The notes below the pieces were generated by a model. The model was not told the DNA's origin and made no database searches. It was given only the letters and a program-made list of their open reading frames with translations. A program made the position numbers and the translations under genes. A DNA stretch of 64,000 nt from Haliotis cracherodii (lineage: Eukaryota), in the NCBI RefSeq assembly GCF_022045235.1, contig NW_027266270.1:34348001-34412000 (forward strand), in the 5' to 3' direction. This document shows positions 46,545-59,666 of the stretch, one piece after another. Numbering within the stretch: position 1 is the first letter of the stretch; every line of letters begins with the position of its first letter.

Positions 46545-46824
46545 GTGAGTGAGTGAGTTGGGTTTAACGCCGCTTTTAACATTATTCCAGTTATATCGCG
46601 GCGTGTCAGCTTAATGTAGGAGGAAAGCCCGAAGTGATGCAGGTCTCGGACGTTTACCACTTCGGTGAAACCCACAAGCACGGGCATGGTGCTGACAAAA
46701 CTAAAAACATAATCGGGGCGACCCGGGATTCGAACCCCGGATCAAAGGTTTTTGGCGTACCCAAGGGACGCAACTCTGCACAGCGAATGTCGGCGCCTTA
46801 GACGACTGGGCCAACCATGCCCCC
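46545..46824 (-). mobile_element. SINE family A, full length
   Basis: Complete head-to-tail copy adjoining a family A tail fragment. Confidence 0.87.
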
Positions 46825-47075
46825 TATGAGCAATGTTTGGGAGGAGACAACAACTATAACGACCTACACGGTCTGCGTAATTAGCAATCATAAGTTATTC
46901 TCCGTTTCTGTGTCAACACTGGCGGCCTTGTTATTCAATTCACACAAAGCGTGGTATTACCGCGACGAGTGAAAATGGTTTTGATGTAACGACAGTTGTA
47001 GCTGTGGTCCTTCATGGAACAAGCCCGAACAAGGCCTTTTTAAAGTACGCGTATGTTACGACAGTCGTTGCAAGA

Positions 47076-47340
47076 GTGAGTGAGTGAGTTGGGTTTAACG
47101 CCGGTTTTAACATTATTCCAGTTATATCACGGCGTGTCAGCTTAATGTGGGAGGAAAGCCCGAAGCGATGCAGGTCTAAGACGTTTTACCACTTCGGTGA
47201 AACCCACGAGCACGGGTATGGTGCTGACAAACCTAGAAACATAATTGGGGCTAACCGGGATTCGAACCCACTATCATAGGTTTCTGGCGTGCCCAAGGGA
47301 CGCCACTCTGCACAGCGAATCGCGGCGCCTTAGACGACTT
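47076..47340 (-). mobile_element. SINE family A, slightly 5'-truncated
   Basis: TSD GTTGCAAGAG; further truncated copy at 49826-50051. Confidence 0.87.
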
Positions 47341-48003
47341 GAGTTGCAAGAGACTCACATGCGAAGACAGCATGCGTTTCAGCATGAACTATATACATTA
47401 CTATAATATGTTTAAGTGAATATAATAATCGACTGGGTAGTTGTCAAACACAGGCGACGAAATTCCATCTGATGAGGTTAATGTCAAACTCTGAACACAT
47501 AAGCGAAAAAACATCTATAGAAGGAAATTGTGTTTACTGGTAATTGCGAAAACGTATCTAGTGTGTTTATCTTGGATAACGAACTTTGACATTTGTGACT
47601 TATGTTATATATGGTAATTAGTCATAAATAGTACATAACAACTGTTTGAAGTCTCGGTTGTTCTGGGTGTGGTCTTATTTGTGCATTGTATTAATTTACT
47701 TGTTTGCTGTTTAACGCCACACTCGGCAGTTTTCCAACTATGTGACGGCGACCGATATATGATCGAGCAAATTAGTGATTAATATTATGAGCAACGCCTC
47801 ATACCTTCGGGGTACGATGATACGTTGTCAACCAAATGTCCGTGCCTGGACACCGATCCATTAAGTCGCCTCGCACAAGCATTTTTTTCTTGGGACCTGT
47901 TATACCGCGAAATCTCCACGCGATGAAGTGAATCTATAGCCAGGTCCCAACCTAAAAGTAACTAAGACCCACATGTGAGCGGTAGTACACACTCAGTAAA
48001 CTA

Positions 48004-48169
48004 CAATAAACTACGGTTATAACGAACCCAAAGGGACCACTAATTTTAGTTCGCAATAACCGTAGTTCGTTATATATATAATTTTTCAACAAATTCCCGT
48101 GACTAAAACATAAGTTCGTTATATCGGTCAGTTCGTTATAAGAGTGTTCGTCATAAACGTAGTTTACTG
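48004..48169. mobile_element. Tc1/mariner (pogo/Tigger-type) MITE
   Basis: TA|CAATAAACTACG...CGTAGTTTACTG|TA with TTATAACG motifs; degenerate copy ~5100-5275. Confidence 0.72.
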
Positions 48170-48350
48170 TACTTCCAAATTCTGCATTCGTACACAACAC
48201 TGTGGGGCTTTTTCACTATTTTTTTTCACTGTCGCGGCAATGTTGGCATAGAAATGGCAATACTTAATTGATAGACACCAGCATTATGGCAATATCAGTG
48301 TACAATAAATGTAAGTTGTAATACTTCGAAATACTTTATTCATACACACC

Positions 48351-48874
48351 ACCGTCATTTAAACGTTGACTGACTATAAACGTCCTGTTCCCACCCTTGC
48401 CGAAAGAGTCTGGAGTTACATTTGGCTGGATTAACGAGTCTATGCATGGTCCAAACAAAATAGCGTAACGAACTAGATAATGTAAACAACATGGATTTCA
48501 ATGTGCAGATTTTGGTCGACTACAGGATTTGCAAAGCACGTGTACAGCCAACTGGGCGTCGACAGATATTTTTCAAATCTTTTCATGTTTGTAATCAAGG
48601 TGCTCAAGTCATTTGATACAATGCGCGGGGTAAGACCCGTTTTATTACAATAGAGGTTTTGATTATCGATCAGATCGTCTTGACCGGGCGCCGCCATTTT
48701 GTTTGAAGCAATATGAGAGATGGAATCCGATTGGTCAATAGGAGCGACATAGAAGGGACATAACTCGTCATAGCCACTGATGGGATACGATCGAGCTTGG
48801 AAATTCCAGCCTATTTCGGCAAGGGTGAAAACTGGAGTTTTATTGTCAGATAACTCCCCTGCCTCGGGAAGATG
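48351..48874 (-). mobile_element. MITE family D, inverted copy, left end decayed
   Basis: Reverse complement of 18055-18581; right TIR ends CCTCGGGAAGATG. Confidence 0.78.
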
Positions 48875-50244
48875 ATACACAAGTGACAATATTTCTTCAT
48901 ACTGCATTGGTAAGATTCCCTTGCGATGTTTCCTCGTGACATACCCAGGATTTTATTGAAACTTTTTGTAATCAATAGCCTGTAAACTGTCACTATGTAG
49001 CATCTTACATCAACCAAAAAGGAACATGTCAACAAGGACGGGGAACATATGCATTATACCGGTATGGTCACATGTCAAAAACGAATACACTACAACAAAC
49101 ACATTGAAGAAACATCCTTGAATATATAATGACAAATTATGTATTTCAAAATGCAATCTCAATAAAATCAGAATGATCTTTTATTCCGTCACAGCAGGTT
49201 GCGTCATTTGAACCCCGCCCACACTAAATGAAGGGTCAAGTCAGATGTCACATTTCTAAAGCGACTCGCCATCTTTTTTCACCATACAAATAATTCTTCG
49301 AAGGTTTTGTCTTGTCTTGTATAGTCAGGACTGATACAGTTGACCCATATATTGCCGAATCGTTTTCTTCAACACGCCATCAGATGTCCGCCATCTTGTC
49401 GGTCGTAAGCTCCAAAGACAGTCCGACCCTGTCCTAATATTTGTCGTAAACTAAGATATCTTGGCGCTGAGATAGCTTCGAGAATAGACTAAGCAATGAT
49501 TTCTCTTCGCTACGACACCTTTACGCCAATCTTAACGCCAATCTTAACGCCAAGACAGCTTCGTAAATAGGCAGCCAAGTGATAGTAGACTGAGTATAAC
49601 ATTGAAGTTTTCGGTCACTCGTTGATTTTGTCAACGTAAATATAAAAACAAAAAAATTAAAAGTCACTCCACTTTTGTATGATTTGTTGACCTTAACGAG
49701 GCGTTTGGTACTGTAAATAGACATTGTTTGTGGTACAAATTAGGTGATATTATCATCCGTGGAAATACACTAACTGCAAAACAGACTTTTTTAGTTAACT
49801 GTTTCCGTTAACTTGCAGTAAGAGAGAGTGAGTGAGTTAGTGAGAGAGTGAGTTGGGTTTAACGCCGCTTTTAACAGTATTCCAGTTATATCACGGCGTG
49901 TCAGCTTAATGTAGGAGGAAAGCCCGATGTGATGCAGGTCTCAGACGTTTACCACTTTGGTGAAACCCACAAGCACGGGCATGGTGCTGACAAAACTAGA
50001 AACATAATCGGGACGAACCGGGATTCGAACCCACAATCATAGGTTTCTGGCAGAGAGTTTGAATGTGATCCTTTATGTTATGCATTATATATATTACTAT
50101 GTATAATATTGTTTGTACAGGATACGAACAGTATTCTTCTTATGTTTAATGTTTATATGTTTTATGTATTTACTGTCTTTTTGTGTGTTGTAAGTCTTAT
50201 ATACACAGCGTGGCACATATATAAACATTTCTCTCTCTCTCTCC

Positions 50245-50278
<34 letters not shown>

Positions 50279-51466
50279 CTTCTTCTTCAGCTATTTACAC
50301 AATGATGTCGTTTGACAACCATACTCTGACTTACTATTCATCATATAAACCTTCTGTTTGATTTATGAGAGTGGTAACTAAACTTTATTTACCTCAGATG
50401 TTTTCTTTCCCTGTAAATGGTTCAAATATTTGCGTAGCACGATCCTCCTATCAAATTTGAACTTTAAAACTAATAAAGCACATCATATTACGAACGTGCT
50501 CTACATTTGTATATCCCGTAACCTTTCGTCCTTTTCAGAGGGGTTATTGTTATCCGTCGATCTGTTAACATTCACCACGGATGTGTTACTCAGGAATATC
50601 GTATTGTAAATCCTCTTCCGGGGTGATTGTTGGCAAAGAATAGCATACAAGTGTAATTTACTCTTTCGATCAGCTGATTTGGTATTAATAGTCGACCTAG
50701 TGGCAAATATAAGAACTTTCTTATCAATGCATATAAATATATAATTATTATATATATATAGCATCGGTAAATGTTATATGTTAATTGATTTGAAACCTCA
50801 CCGGAACAGTAACGCCGTGCCTGACTTATTATTTTCAAAGTGTTATGATTTGTTTTTTTAGATTCGATGTACCAAACTTTCCAAAAGTTTGTTTACTTAA
50901 ATTGAATTTTTTTTATCCCACAGAGTCAATTTATTGATTATATTTGTTACCCAAATTTCGAAGTAGGTCCATGTAGCACTTGTTTGTTTTTTAACTCAGC
51001 AATATTCTAGTGATATCATTGCGACCTGCAAATAATCGAACCTAGACCAGGCAACCCAGTGACTGATGTTTTGAGCATCGTCCTACGCCTTATGTGAACG
51101 ATCATGCGACACGCTATCACCAAAGTCACCGAATCTAGTCGCTCCATGCGATAAACATAGTTAAATAGAAATATATTCAAATCTGGCATTTCCATGGGGT
51201 GTCAGCCTATAAAGGGAGGTAACCATTTGACATTGCTTCCAAACGAAAAAAATGCGTGCATTTATTGATATGACACAAACAGACAATTGTTCATTAGTTC
51301 ATATTTTTAAAACACACGTTAAAACCATTTTTCCACAAGCGATCCTTCTGTTTGGGAAGCCTTAAAGAACTTTATTAAGAAAAGAAACCTCACCACCGTG
51401 GTCTAGTGGATAGAGTGTCTGCCCGGAGAGAAGGTCGATGGTTCGAATCCAGGCGCGTCATACCAT

Positions 51467-51736
51467 GTTTGTTTGTTTGTTTGTTGTTTAACGCCACACT
51501 CAGCAATATTTTATCTGTATGACGGCGGTCTGTAAATATTCGAGTCTGGACCAGACAATCCAGTGATTAACATCATGAGCATCGATCCGCGCAATATTGA
51601 TACGATGACGGGCATCAACCAAGTCAGCGAGCCTGACCACCCGATCCCGTTAGTCGCCTCTTACGACAATCATGGTCGCCTTTTACGGCAAGCATTGGTT
51701 GCTTAAAATCCAATCTTCCCCGGATCTTCACGGGTC
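51467..51736 (-). mobile_element. SINE family B, full length
   Basis: TSD CGTCATA(C/T)CAT; other minus copies at 52964-53179 and 63345-63561. Confidence 0.85.
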
Positions 51737-51764
51737 CGTCATATCATAAGACGTTATAAGATGG

Positions 51765-51875
51765 GGGGCGGTCGGGTAGCCTAGTGGTTAAAGCGTTCGC
51801 TCGTCACGCCGAAGACCCGGGTTCGATTCCTGACATGGAATATTGCTGGAATATTGCTAGAAGCTCTCACTCACT
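51765..51875 (+). mobile_element. SINE family C (short tRNA-derived)
   Basis: A box TAGCCTAGTGG, B box GGTTCGATTCC; 15-bp TSD GACGTTATAAGATGG. Confidence 0.85.
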
Positions 51876-52042
51876 GACGTTATAAGATGGAGCTATATTT
51901 ATGATAAAGGGGCCTGGAACGCTGAGCCAGGGGGCAGGTGTGGAGGGTCACCATAAACCAGGAATAATTTGATGACCTTACAAAATAAAAGTTCTCATAA
52001 CTTAATTCTGTAACATGTGTACACACGCAGCAGCAGAAATAT

Positions 52043-52200
52043 NNNNNNNNNNNNNNNNNNNNNNNNNNNNNNNNNNNNNNNNNNNNNNNNNNNNNNNNNN
52101 NNNNNNNNNNNNNNNNNNNNNNNNNNNNNNNNNNNNNNNNNNNNNNNNNNNNNNNNNNNNNNNNNNNNNNNNNNNNNNNNNNNNNNNNNNNNNNNNNNNN
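52043..52200. other. Assembly gap (158 N)
   Basis: Run of n. Confidence 1.
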
Positions 52201-52771
52201 AATATGAAAAAATGTTTGATTCATACTGTCGTGATCCTGTGGTCTCTTGTAGTATTTATTCTTCCACGGATCTCTCTTCAATGTTGCATTGATCCATTAT
52301 GCTGTGCTGAGAGTGCACTAACACTGAGGAGCGATAGGATGAGTGATGAGTTATGACAAGGCAGACAATTTTGTAACATCAAAGCCTTATTAACTGAAAA
52401 AAACTTTCGTTTGTTTCAACCCCCCTCGCCTAATATTTCACCCCTCATGTATGGTTTTAGCACACACCAGGGTGGCTAACTCTTCCATAACTATGGGTTA
52501 ACCGCATTTATACTAAGGTAAAAATAAACATGATCAATGTTCTTAGTCATCTTATTGTCATATGAGCATCTATTACACTAGTAGTTTGTCGTGTACCCAT
52601 CTATTAAAAGATCGATCACTCGCTGAAGCTATATACACGGATGTGGTCCATTTCGTCACAATCTTCATCAGCTGTGCTGTACAGTTACCAGTGGTTGATA
52701 TGTTATATTATCACGGGTATTTCTGGCTTGGTTGCAGCATTGGTAATCGTGGAAAAAACACGGACGTGTGG

Positions 52772-52933
52772 AGTGAGTGAGTGAGTGAGTGAGTGACTAG
52801 CAATATTCCAGCAATATCACGGCGGGGGACACCAGAAATGGGCTTCACACATTGTACTCATGTAGGGAATCGAACCCGGGTCTTCGGCGTGATGGGCGAA
52901 CGCTTTAACCGCTTGGCTACCCGACTACCCCCC
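52772..52933 (-). mobile_element. SINE family C
   Basis: Full-length reverse copy with (ACTC)n tail. Confidence 0.82.
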
Positions 52934-53773
52934 GGACGTGTGGACAAATATTGTCAGTACTATTGGTTTGTTGTTTTAAGCCGCACTCAGCAATATCCCA
53001 GCCATATGACGGCGTTCTGTAAATTATCGAATCTGGACCAGACAATCCAGTGATTGATATCATGAGCAACGATCTACGTAATTTAATACGATTACATGCA
53101 TCAACCAAGTCAACGAGCCTGACCACCTGATCCGGTTGGACGTCTCTTGCAACAATTCTAACCGTGACTTTTCACGGGTATCTTGTCATATAAACTGCTG
53201 GACAAAGGAACGTACACCCATGTTTGTTTGATGGTGGCTAAATATGAAAACAACAAGGCCATTCCAGTGCGATGTATTGGATACTGGTATCATTGGTGAT
53301 TAACATGCGTCATATCAATGAGGATGTCACAATAAGTCATTCCTGTGGCGTTTTGATAACGTTTGTAATATTGTCAAACTCAATTTTCAAGTGCATATTT
53401 TCTTTGTATCACACAGTCAGTTGTAACGTTGATCCGTGAGTGTGCATTACAACCTTGCTTTGATCTGACAATAAAGTTTTAGCACTGATGCAATAACGAC
53501 TGTTATTATATAATAAGTTTTGTAATCATTACGTAATTGCCAATAGAATTCCAGAAGAAGGTTTATTTTCTTTCCAAATACGTTAATAATTCTCGCATTT
53601 TGTTTGAGCTTTGTGGGATGTTTATAGAGCATAAAGTATGATTAACGATGATTGATGTTAAGGTAACCTGCCTCGCCTTCTAAATAAATGGAAAAGACTT
53701 ACAAGCTTGATGGTAATTGAGATACGAAGCACAATTTCTTTGAGACATTGGTTTATTGCTTTCAGACTGAATT

Positions 53774-53936
53774 AGGGGCGGCGGGGTCGCCAAGTGGTTC
53801 ACTAGTGTTCGCTCGTCACGCCGAAGACCGGGTTCGATTCCCAACATGGGTACAATGTGTGAAGCCCAGTTCTGGTGTCCCCCGCCGTGATATTGCTGAA
53901 CTAGTGCCAAAAGCGACGTAAAACTATACTCACTCA
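53774..53936 (+). mobile_element. SINE family C
   Basis: Full-length copy, TGAATTA on both flanks; degenerate copy 24241-24386. Confidence 0.82.
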
Positions 53937-55641
53937 AATTGAATTAAAAACGAATATGCAGTATCGTGGTATTAAGATATTGGCCCCCATGGCTACCTCT
54001 CACTCACTCAATCACCCAACTACCACCAACTCACCCATCCACTCACTTAAAACTCACCCATGCCCCAACAACCCCCACCCCACCACCACCACCCCACTCC
54101 CATCACTCACAACCAAGGTTCTGTGCCGACTGAATGTTTTTCTAACCATGCAAACGCTCACCTCACTTGTTGTTGATTCGCGTAAACAACACGAAAAGCA
54201 CGTGTATACTTTTTAAATCACTGGATCCAATTACTGATGGAAATAGCTGACTGACATGCGGTATGCACTTTTTAAACAACTGGCATCGGATTTCTTCGCT
54301 TTGGTTCAGAATAGATTTTATACAAAAAAAAACCCTGCTCAGATCCCCGTGAGTAGTATCCCAAAAAAGGGGTCTGTAGCACAGTATCGCATGATTCAGA
54401 TTCATTATTTCCGAGTAATCTGTGCAATTCTCTTGCATTTTATTAATCTATCCTGACTGCAGCATATATATTTCCCAGATGAGCCAAGATTGTGACCCAA
54501 ACGAGGTGTCTTTGTCCAGGAATACTATATTTAGCGTCATTACGTTTGAGGCAAAATACATCCTATGACAAACTAAAACAAGTAACGTAGTTTGTAATAT
54601 TCTTGGAAGTAATTTAGCCAGGGATTAAATGATTACCTTGTAAATGTATTTACGTTAGTTCTTAAAATATATATTCATATGAAATAATATGCCACCCAAC
54701 TCAAGGGATAATCATACATGTATATGGTATTCTATTTAAATACTTTTAATGTAACACTTTGCATATTAAGAGAATCCGTCATAGAAAATACAAAATATAT
54801 CCACATCAAAACGTACTTTCTGAAGGAAACGAAACTTTATTCTGATAATGTAGCATTCTGAAATGAAAACTGGTTCAGCTTACCTATTATGTCAATACAA
54901 ATAAACAACCTTTAAACTTTTTCTCTTGTCTGTCTCACGGCCCCTAAACTATATTATTTTCCCTTCCCAGCCCTAACTGTAATGGTGTACATAGCCCTAA
55001 ATGAAGCAAGTCTAGATTTTCTACCGGTTCTGAATCTCCCATCTCACCGGGGCACCTTTTCAATTAAATGGAGTTGTTTGTTTCTGTCAAAATTATACAT
55101 TTTCAGATAGTAAGCGTTAGTTCATATTCTCCACGAGTTTCGGTAAATAATATTTCAATAAAGGAGACAAATGATTATCATTCATTACACTTATTCCTCA
55201 AATACTGTTGAGACGACCCCGCAATTCATATTTCTGTTCTCTGATGTCCTTATCAATGTTATTAACGACGCGATTATCTAAGCTGATTTCCTTCTGTCAT
55301 CGTTAATTCACTTCGCATGTCATGCGCACATCTCTCGCGAGTACTTTCACGTGCAAGTTATCAAGTGTAGTACATGTCTAGCGATATGGTAAGTGGATGG
55401 GGTGTTCCGTGTCACTGGCATGTAAACACAGAGAAAGGCCTGTGTCTAGCTGTCGCTCATTTATGTAAATGTGGTAGTTGTTTGTGTTAGGCACATGTTT
55501 AGGGGAGATGTGGCTGCTGCCGTCATAAGTGTTTATTTGTGTGCAGTGATTGGTTTGGATACAAGTGACTGGATGCAGAGTTATTTCTAACTGGACGTAG
55601 TGCTGGTGAAGCACCCGAAGTAGGAGTAAAAGTAGAGTGGA

Positions 55642-55644
55642 AGT

Positions 55645-55699
<55 letters not shown>

Positions 55700-55885
55700 C
55701 TGACATGGCTGAAGCATGTCATCGTATCTAATTTGTGCTCATGTTGTCAATCACTGGATTATTTACAGAACGCCGACATATAGCTAGAACATTGCGGCGT
55801 TGTACAACAACGTAATGGCAATGGTAGTTGTAGCAGTGGTGGTAGTAGTAGGAGTAGTAGTAGTCGTCATGGTAGTGTAGTTGTG

Positions 55886-55933
<48 letters not shown>

Positions 55934-55971
55934 ATAGTAGCAGTGGTAGTAGAAGTAGCAGTAGTAGTAGT
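55642..55971. repeat. (GCA)n/(GTA)n microsatellites around a SINE B fragment
   Basis: Direct reading. Confidence 0.85.
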
Positions 55972-58063
55972 ACCCGTGAACATCCGAGTTAGAAAAGGTC
56001 TTCCCGTGCTTGTCATAAGATGTGACTAACGGGACAGGGTGGTCAGGCTTACTGACATGGCTGAAGCATGTATAGCTGGATGCACCAATGCATATTCACC
56101 TTTTCTCAAAATATTGCTTATTTAGAAAACAACATTCTTCTGAAATAGAGAAATTTAAGGAAAATTAATCACAGTGTGTAACATTACATGCTACTTTAGA
56201 ACAATCTTGAAGGCATCAATTCATCTGATATGTCTAAAACTCAAACAGTATATTCTGTGTAAACAGTAAACTCAACAGAAGCAGCAATTTAATGACAGCG
56301 TACTACAGCTCTTTTTATCAATGTCACACAGAAATTCACTCTTGTTCTAATGAAACACGTTTTGATATTTGTATTACCGGTATGTATTAATCATGAAATA
56401 CTTTGTGTAGCCTGACCATGCTGAAAACATACTTTCGCTAGAGTGAAATAAATAAGATTTTTGTTAAAATCAGGTGAAATATCACGTTTTGTCACACCTA
56501 CAGTCAGTCTGCCTCATTGACACTATGGTTTTCTGAATAAGGTCATGAAGATCACAAAGAAAATATAAGACTTGAATTTATTTCATCAAATGAAATGTTT
56601 ATCCCTTCTTGTGGTTTACTAAAGTTGATATCTTGACTTCACAATATTAACTTTGTCAGATCACAAGATGAGATAAATTCATGCTATCATCGTTATTTGA
56701 CAAGGAAAACAAATTTCTTCTATGTATTAATTGTTTTATATTTCTCGTTTTGATTGAATTATAAAAATTATCTAGCTCTAAAGATTGTTAACAATAGCAA
56801 AATATTACATCATAACAATATAATTATTGCAAAATGTCACAGTAAGCACAACTATATTCTTACGTATAAATTGATTTGATTAATAATCAATAATACATGG
56901 CAATTGCTTGCACAAAAGAAATAATTTTGTTATAAAAGTTTCAAAACATGTTTGTGGACATAAAACCAGATGGGTTTCACAATTAAACAAAGGGAATAAA
57001 TGAGTAATGATTTCAATACGCATGGGAATTAAAAATAATTCTGTTTACACTTTAAGTTTATTGTAATGTTAATATCAATTTATGCATTTGGAATATTTGA
57101 ATACAAATTGTTAAAGAGTTATCTGTTTCTGTAAATTATATAAAGATCACATGTAGATTGAACATTTACTGGCCATTAATTAGTTGGGTTTTTTTTCGTT
57201 TCATGACATGATTAATTTGGTACAGTAAGTAAATATAATTTTGGTAGAAATATTGTTTACAAAATTGCAGATCAAACTGTACTGTACTTCAAATATTTAC
57301 ATACCCTTTATGTAATAATTCAGTTGAAATATTACTCCTCATGCTATCTAATCTATCAACATTGACAATCAAAATAACAATTGTTCACAATCACAACAGC
57401 ACAAGTAGATCTAGAGGTCTAATATTTTATTGGAATGCATTTGAGTCCATTACAAATCAAATACGCAACTGATGCAAAATTCTGATTTGTTACAATTGTA
57501 AATTTTCAGTAGGTTACAATTTGATACATCATATCAACATATCAATTTAGTTAGTTTCTGACAGATATCTAGATATGGTCAAAAGGTCAATATTTCGACT
57601 TCAAATACAACCCGCAAAGTTATTTAAACTCACAACAAATAGTTTGGCTTAATGGTGTGTAAACAATGAATTATTCTTTACAAGATCTCAGTAGCATTTG
57701 TATTAAGTCTGTTTAGCTACCATAAACTGCACTGGGGGTTACCAGGTGGTCATGGATATTTTAAATTGAAATCACAACAGACTCAAATTTATATCGGTAA
57801 GGATAAGAATAATGTTCAATACTTACGATAAATGTACTGGGATGGTTAAATTGTCAAAGTTTGTCCCGATTGCGTGCCTTGTTGACATCTCCATGTGTTT
57901 CATGGGCTATCCAGCCTTCACCTTCTGCTCTCCAAGCCTCGCTTTCAAACCGGAAGTAGCGAAGTGTGAAACAGGTCAATACAATAAAGTATTGGCAATG
58001 GTAGTTGTAGCAGTGGTGGTAGTAGTAGTAGTTGTTATAGTAGTAGTGGTGGTGGTTGTGATA

Positions 58064-59666
58064 GACTATTGTTACTTCTGTCACGACTATTGTTACTTCT
58101 GTCACGACTCCTGCCTCTTGAACCACTACTATTGCCTCTTGAACCACTACTATTGCCTCTTGAACCACTACTATTGCCTCTTGAACCACAACTATTGCCT
58201 CTTGAACCACTACTATTGCCTCTTGAACAACTACTATTGCCTCTTGAACCACAACTATTGCCTCTTGAACCACTACTATTGCCTCTTGAACAACTACTAT
58301 TGCCTCTTGAACAACTACTATTGCCTCTTGAACCACAACTATTGCCTCTTGAACCACTACTATTGCCTCTTGAACAACTACTATTGCCTCTTGAACAACT
58401 ACTATTGCCTCTTGAACAACTACTATTGCCTCTTGAACAACTACTATTGCCTCTTGAACCACTACTATTGCCTCTTGAACCACTTCTATTGCCACTTGAA
58501 CTACTCCTATAGCTACTGTCACTTGAACCACAACTATTGCCACTTGAACCACAACTATTGCCACTTGAACCACTACTATTGCTACCTGAACCACAACTCG
58601 TGTCACTTGAACCACTACTATTCCGCTTGAACCACTACTATAATCACTTGATCCACTACTATTTTCACTTGAACCACCGCTGTTTTCACTTGATCCACTA
58701 CTGTTGGCACTTGAACCACTACTGTTTTCTCTTAAACCACAACTATTATCACTTGAACCACTACTATTGCCTCTTGAACCACTACTATTGCCTTTTGAAC
58801 CACTACTATTGCCCCTTGAACCACAACTGTTGTCACTTGATCCACAACTGTTTTCACTTGAACCACTACTGTTGTCACTTGAGCCACAACTATTGTCACT
58901 TGAACCACTTCTATTATCACTTGAGCCACAGCTATTATCACTTGAACCACTACTATTGTCACTTGAACCACTACTATTATCACTTGAGCCACAACTATTA
59001 TCACTTGAACCACTACTATTATCACTTGAGCCACTACTGTTGTCACTTGAGCCACAACTATTGTCACTTGAATCACTACTATTATCACTTGAGCCACAAC
59101 TATTATCACTTGAACCACTACTATTATCACTTGAGCCACAACTATTGCCCCTTGAACCACTACTATTGCCCCTTGAACCACAACTATTATCACTTGAACC
59201 ACTACTGTTGTCACTTGAACCACTACTATTGTCACTTGAACCACTGCTATTATCACTTGAACCACTACTATTGTCACTTGAACTACTCCTATAGCTACTG
59301 TCACTTGAACCACAACAATTGTCACTTGAACCACTACTGTTGGAACTTGAACCACTACTTTTGTCACTTGAACCCCTACTATAGCCACTTGAACCACTAC
59401 TATTGCCCGTTGAACCTCTACTATTGCCTCTTGAACCACTACTATTGCCCCTTGAACCACTACTATTATCACTTGAGCCACAACTATTGTCACTTGAACC
59501 ACTACTATTATCACTTGAGCCACAACTATTGTCACTTGAACCACACCTATTGCCACTTGAACCACAACTATTGCCTCTTGAACCACTATTGCCCCTTGAA
59601 CCACTACTATTGTCACTTGAACCACAACTTTTGTCACTTGAACCACTACTGTTTTCACTTGAACCA
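58064..59666. repeat. 21-bp minisatellite, ~75 copies
   Basis: Units CTTGAACCACTACTATTGCCT / CTTGAACCACTACTATTGTCA; explains the overlapping ORFs 57812-59711. Confidence 0.95.

Noticed and set aside
51880-52356. ORFs spanning the N run
   Set aside because: Artefacts of the assembly gap
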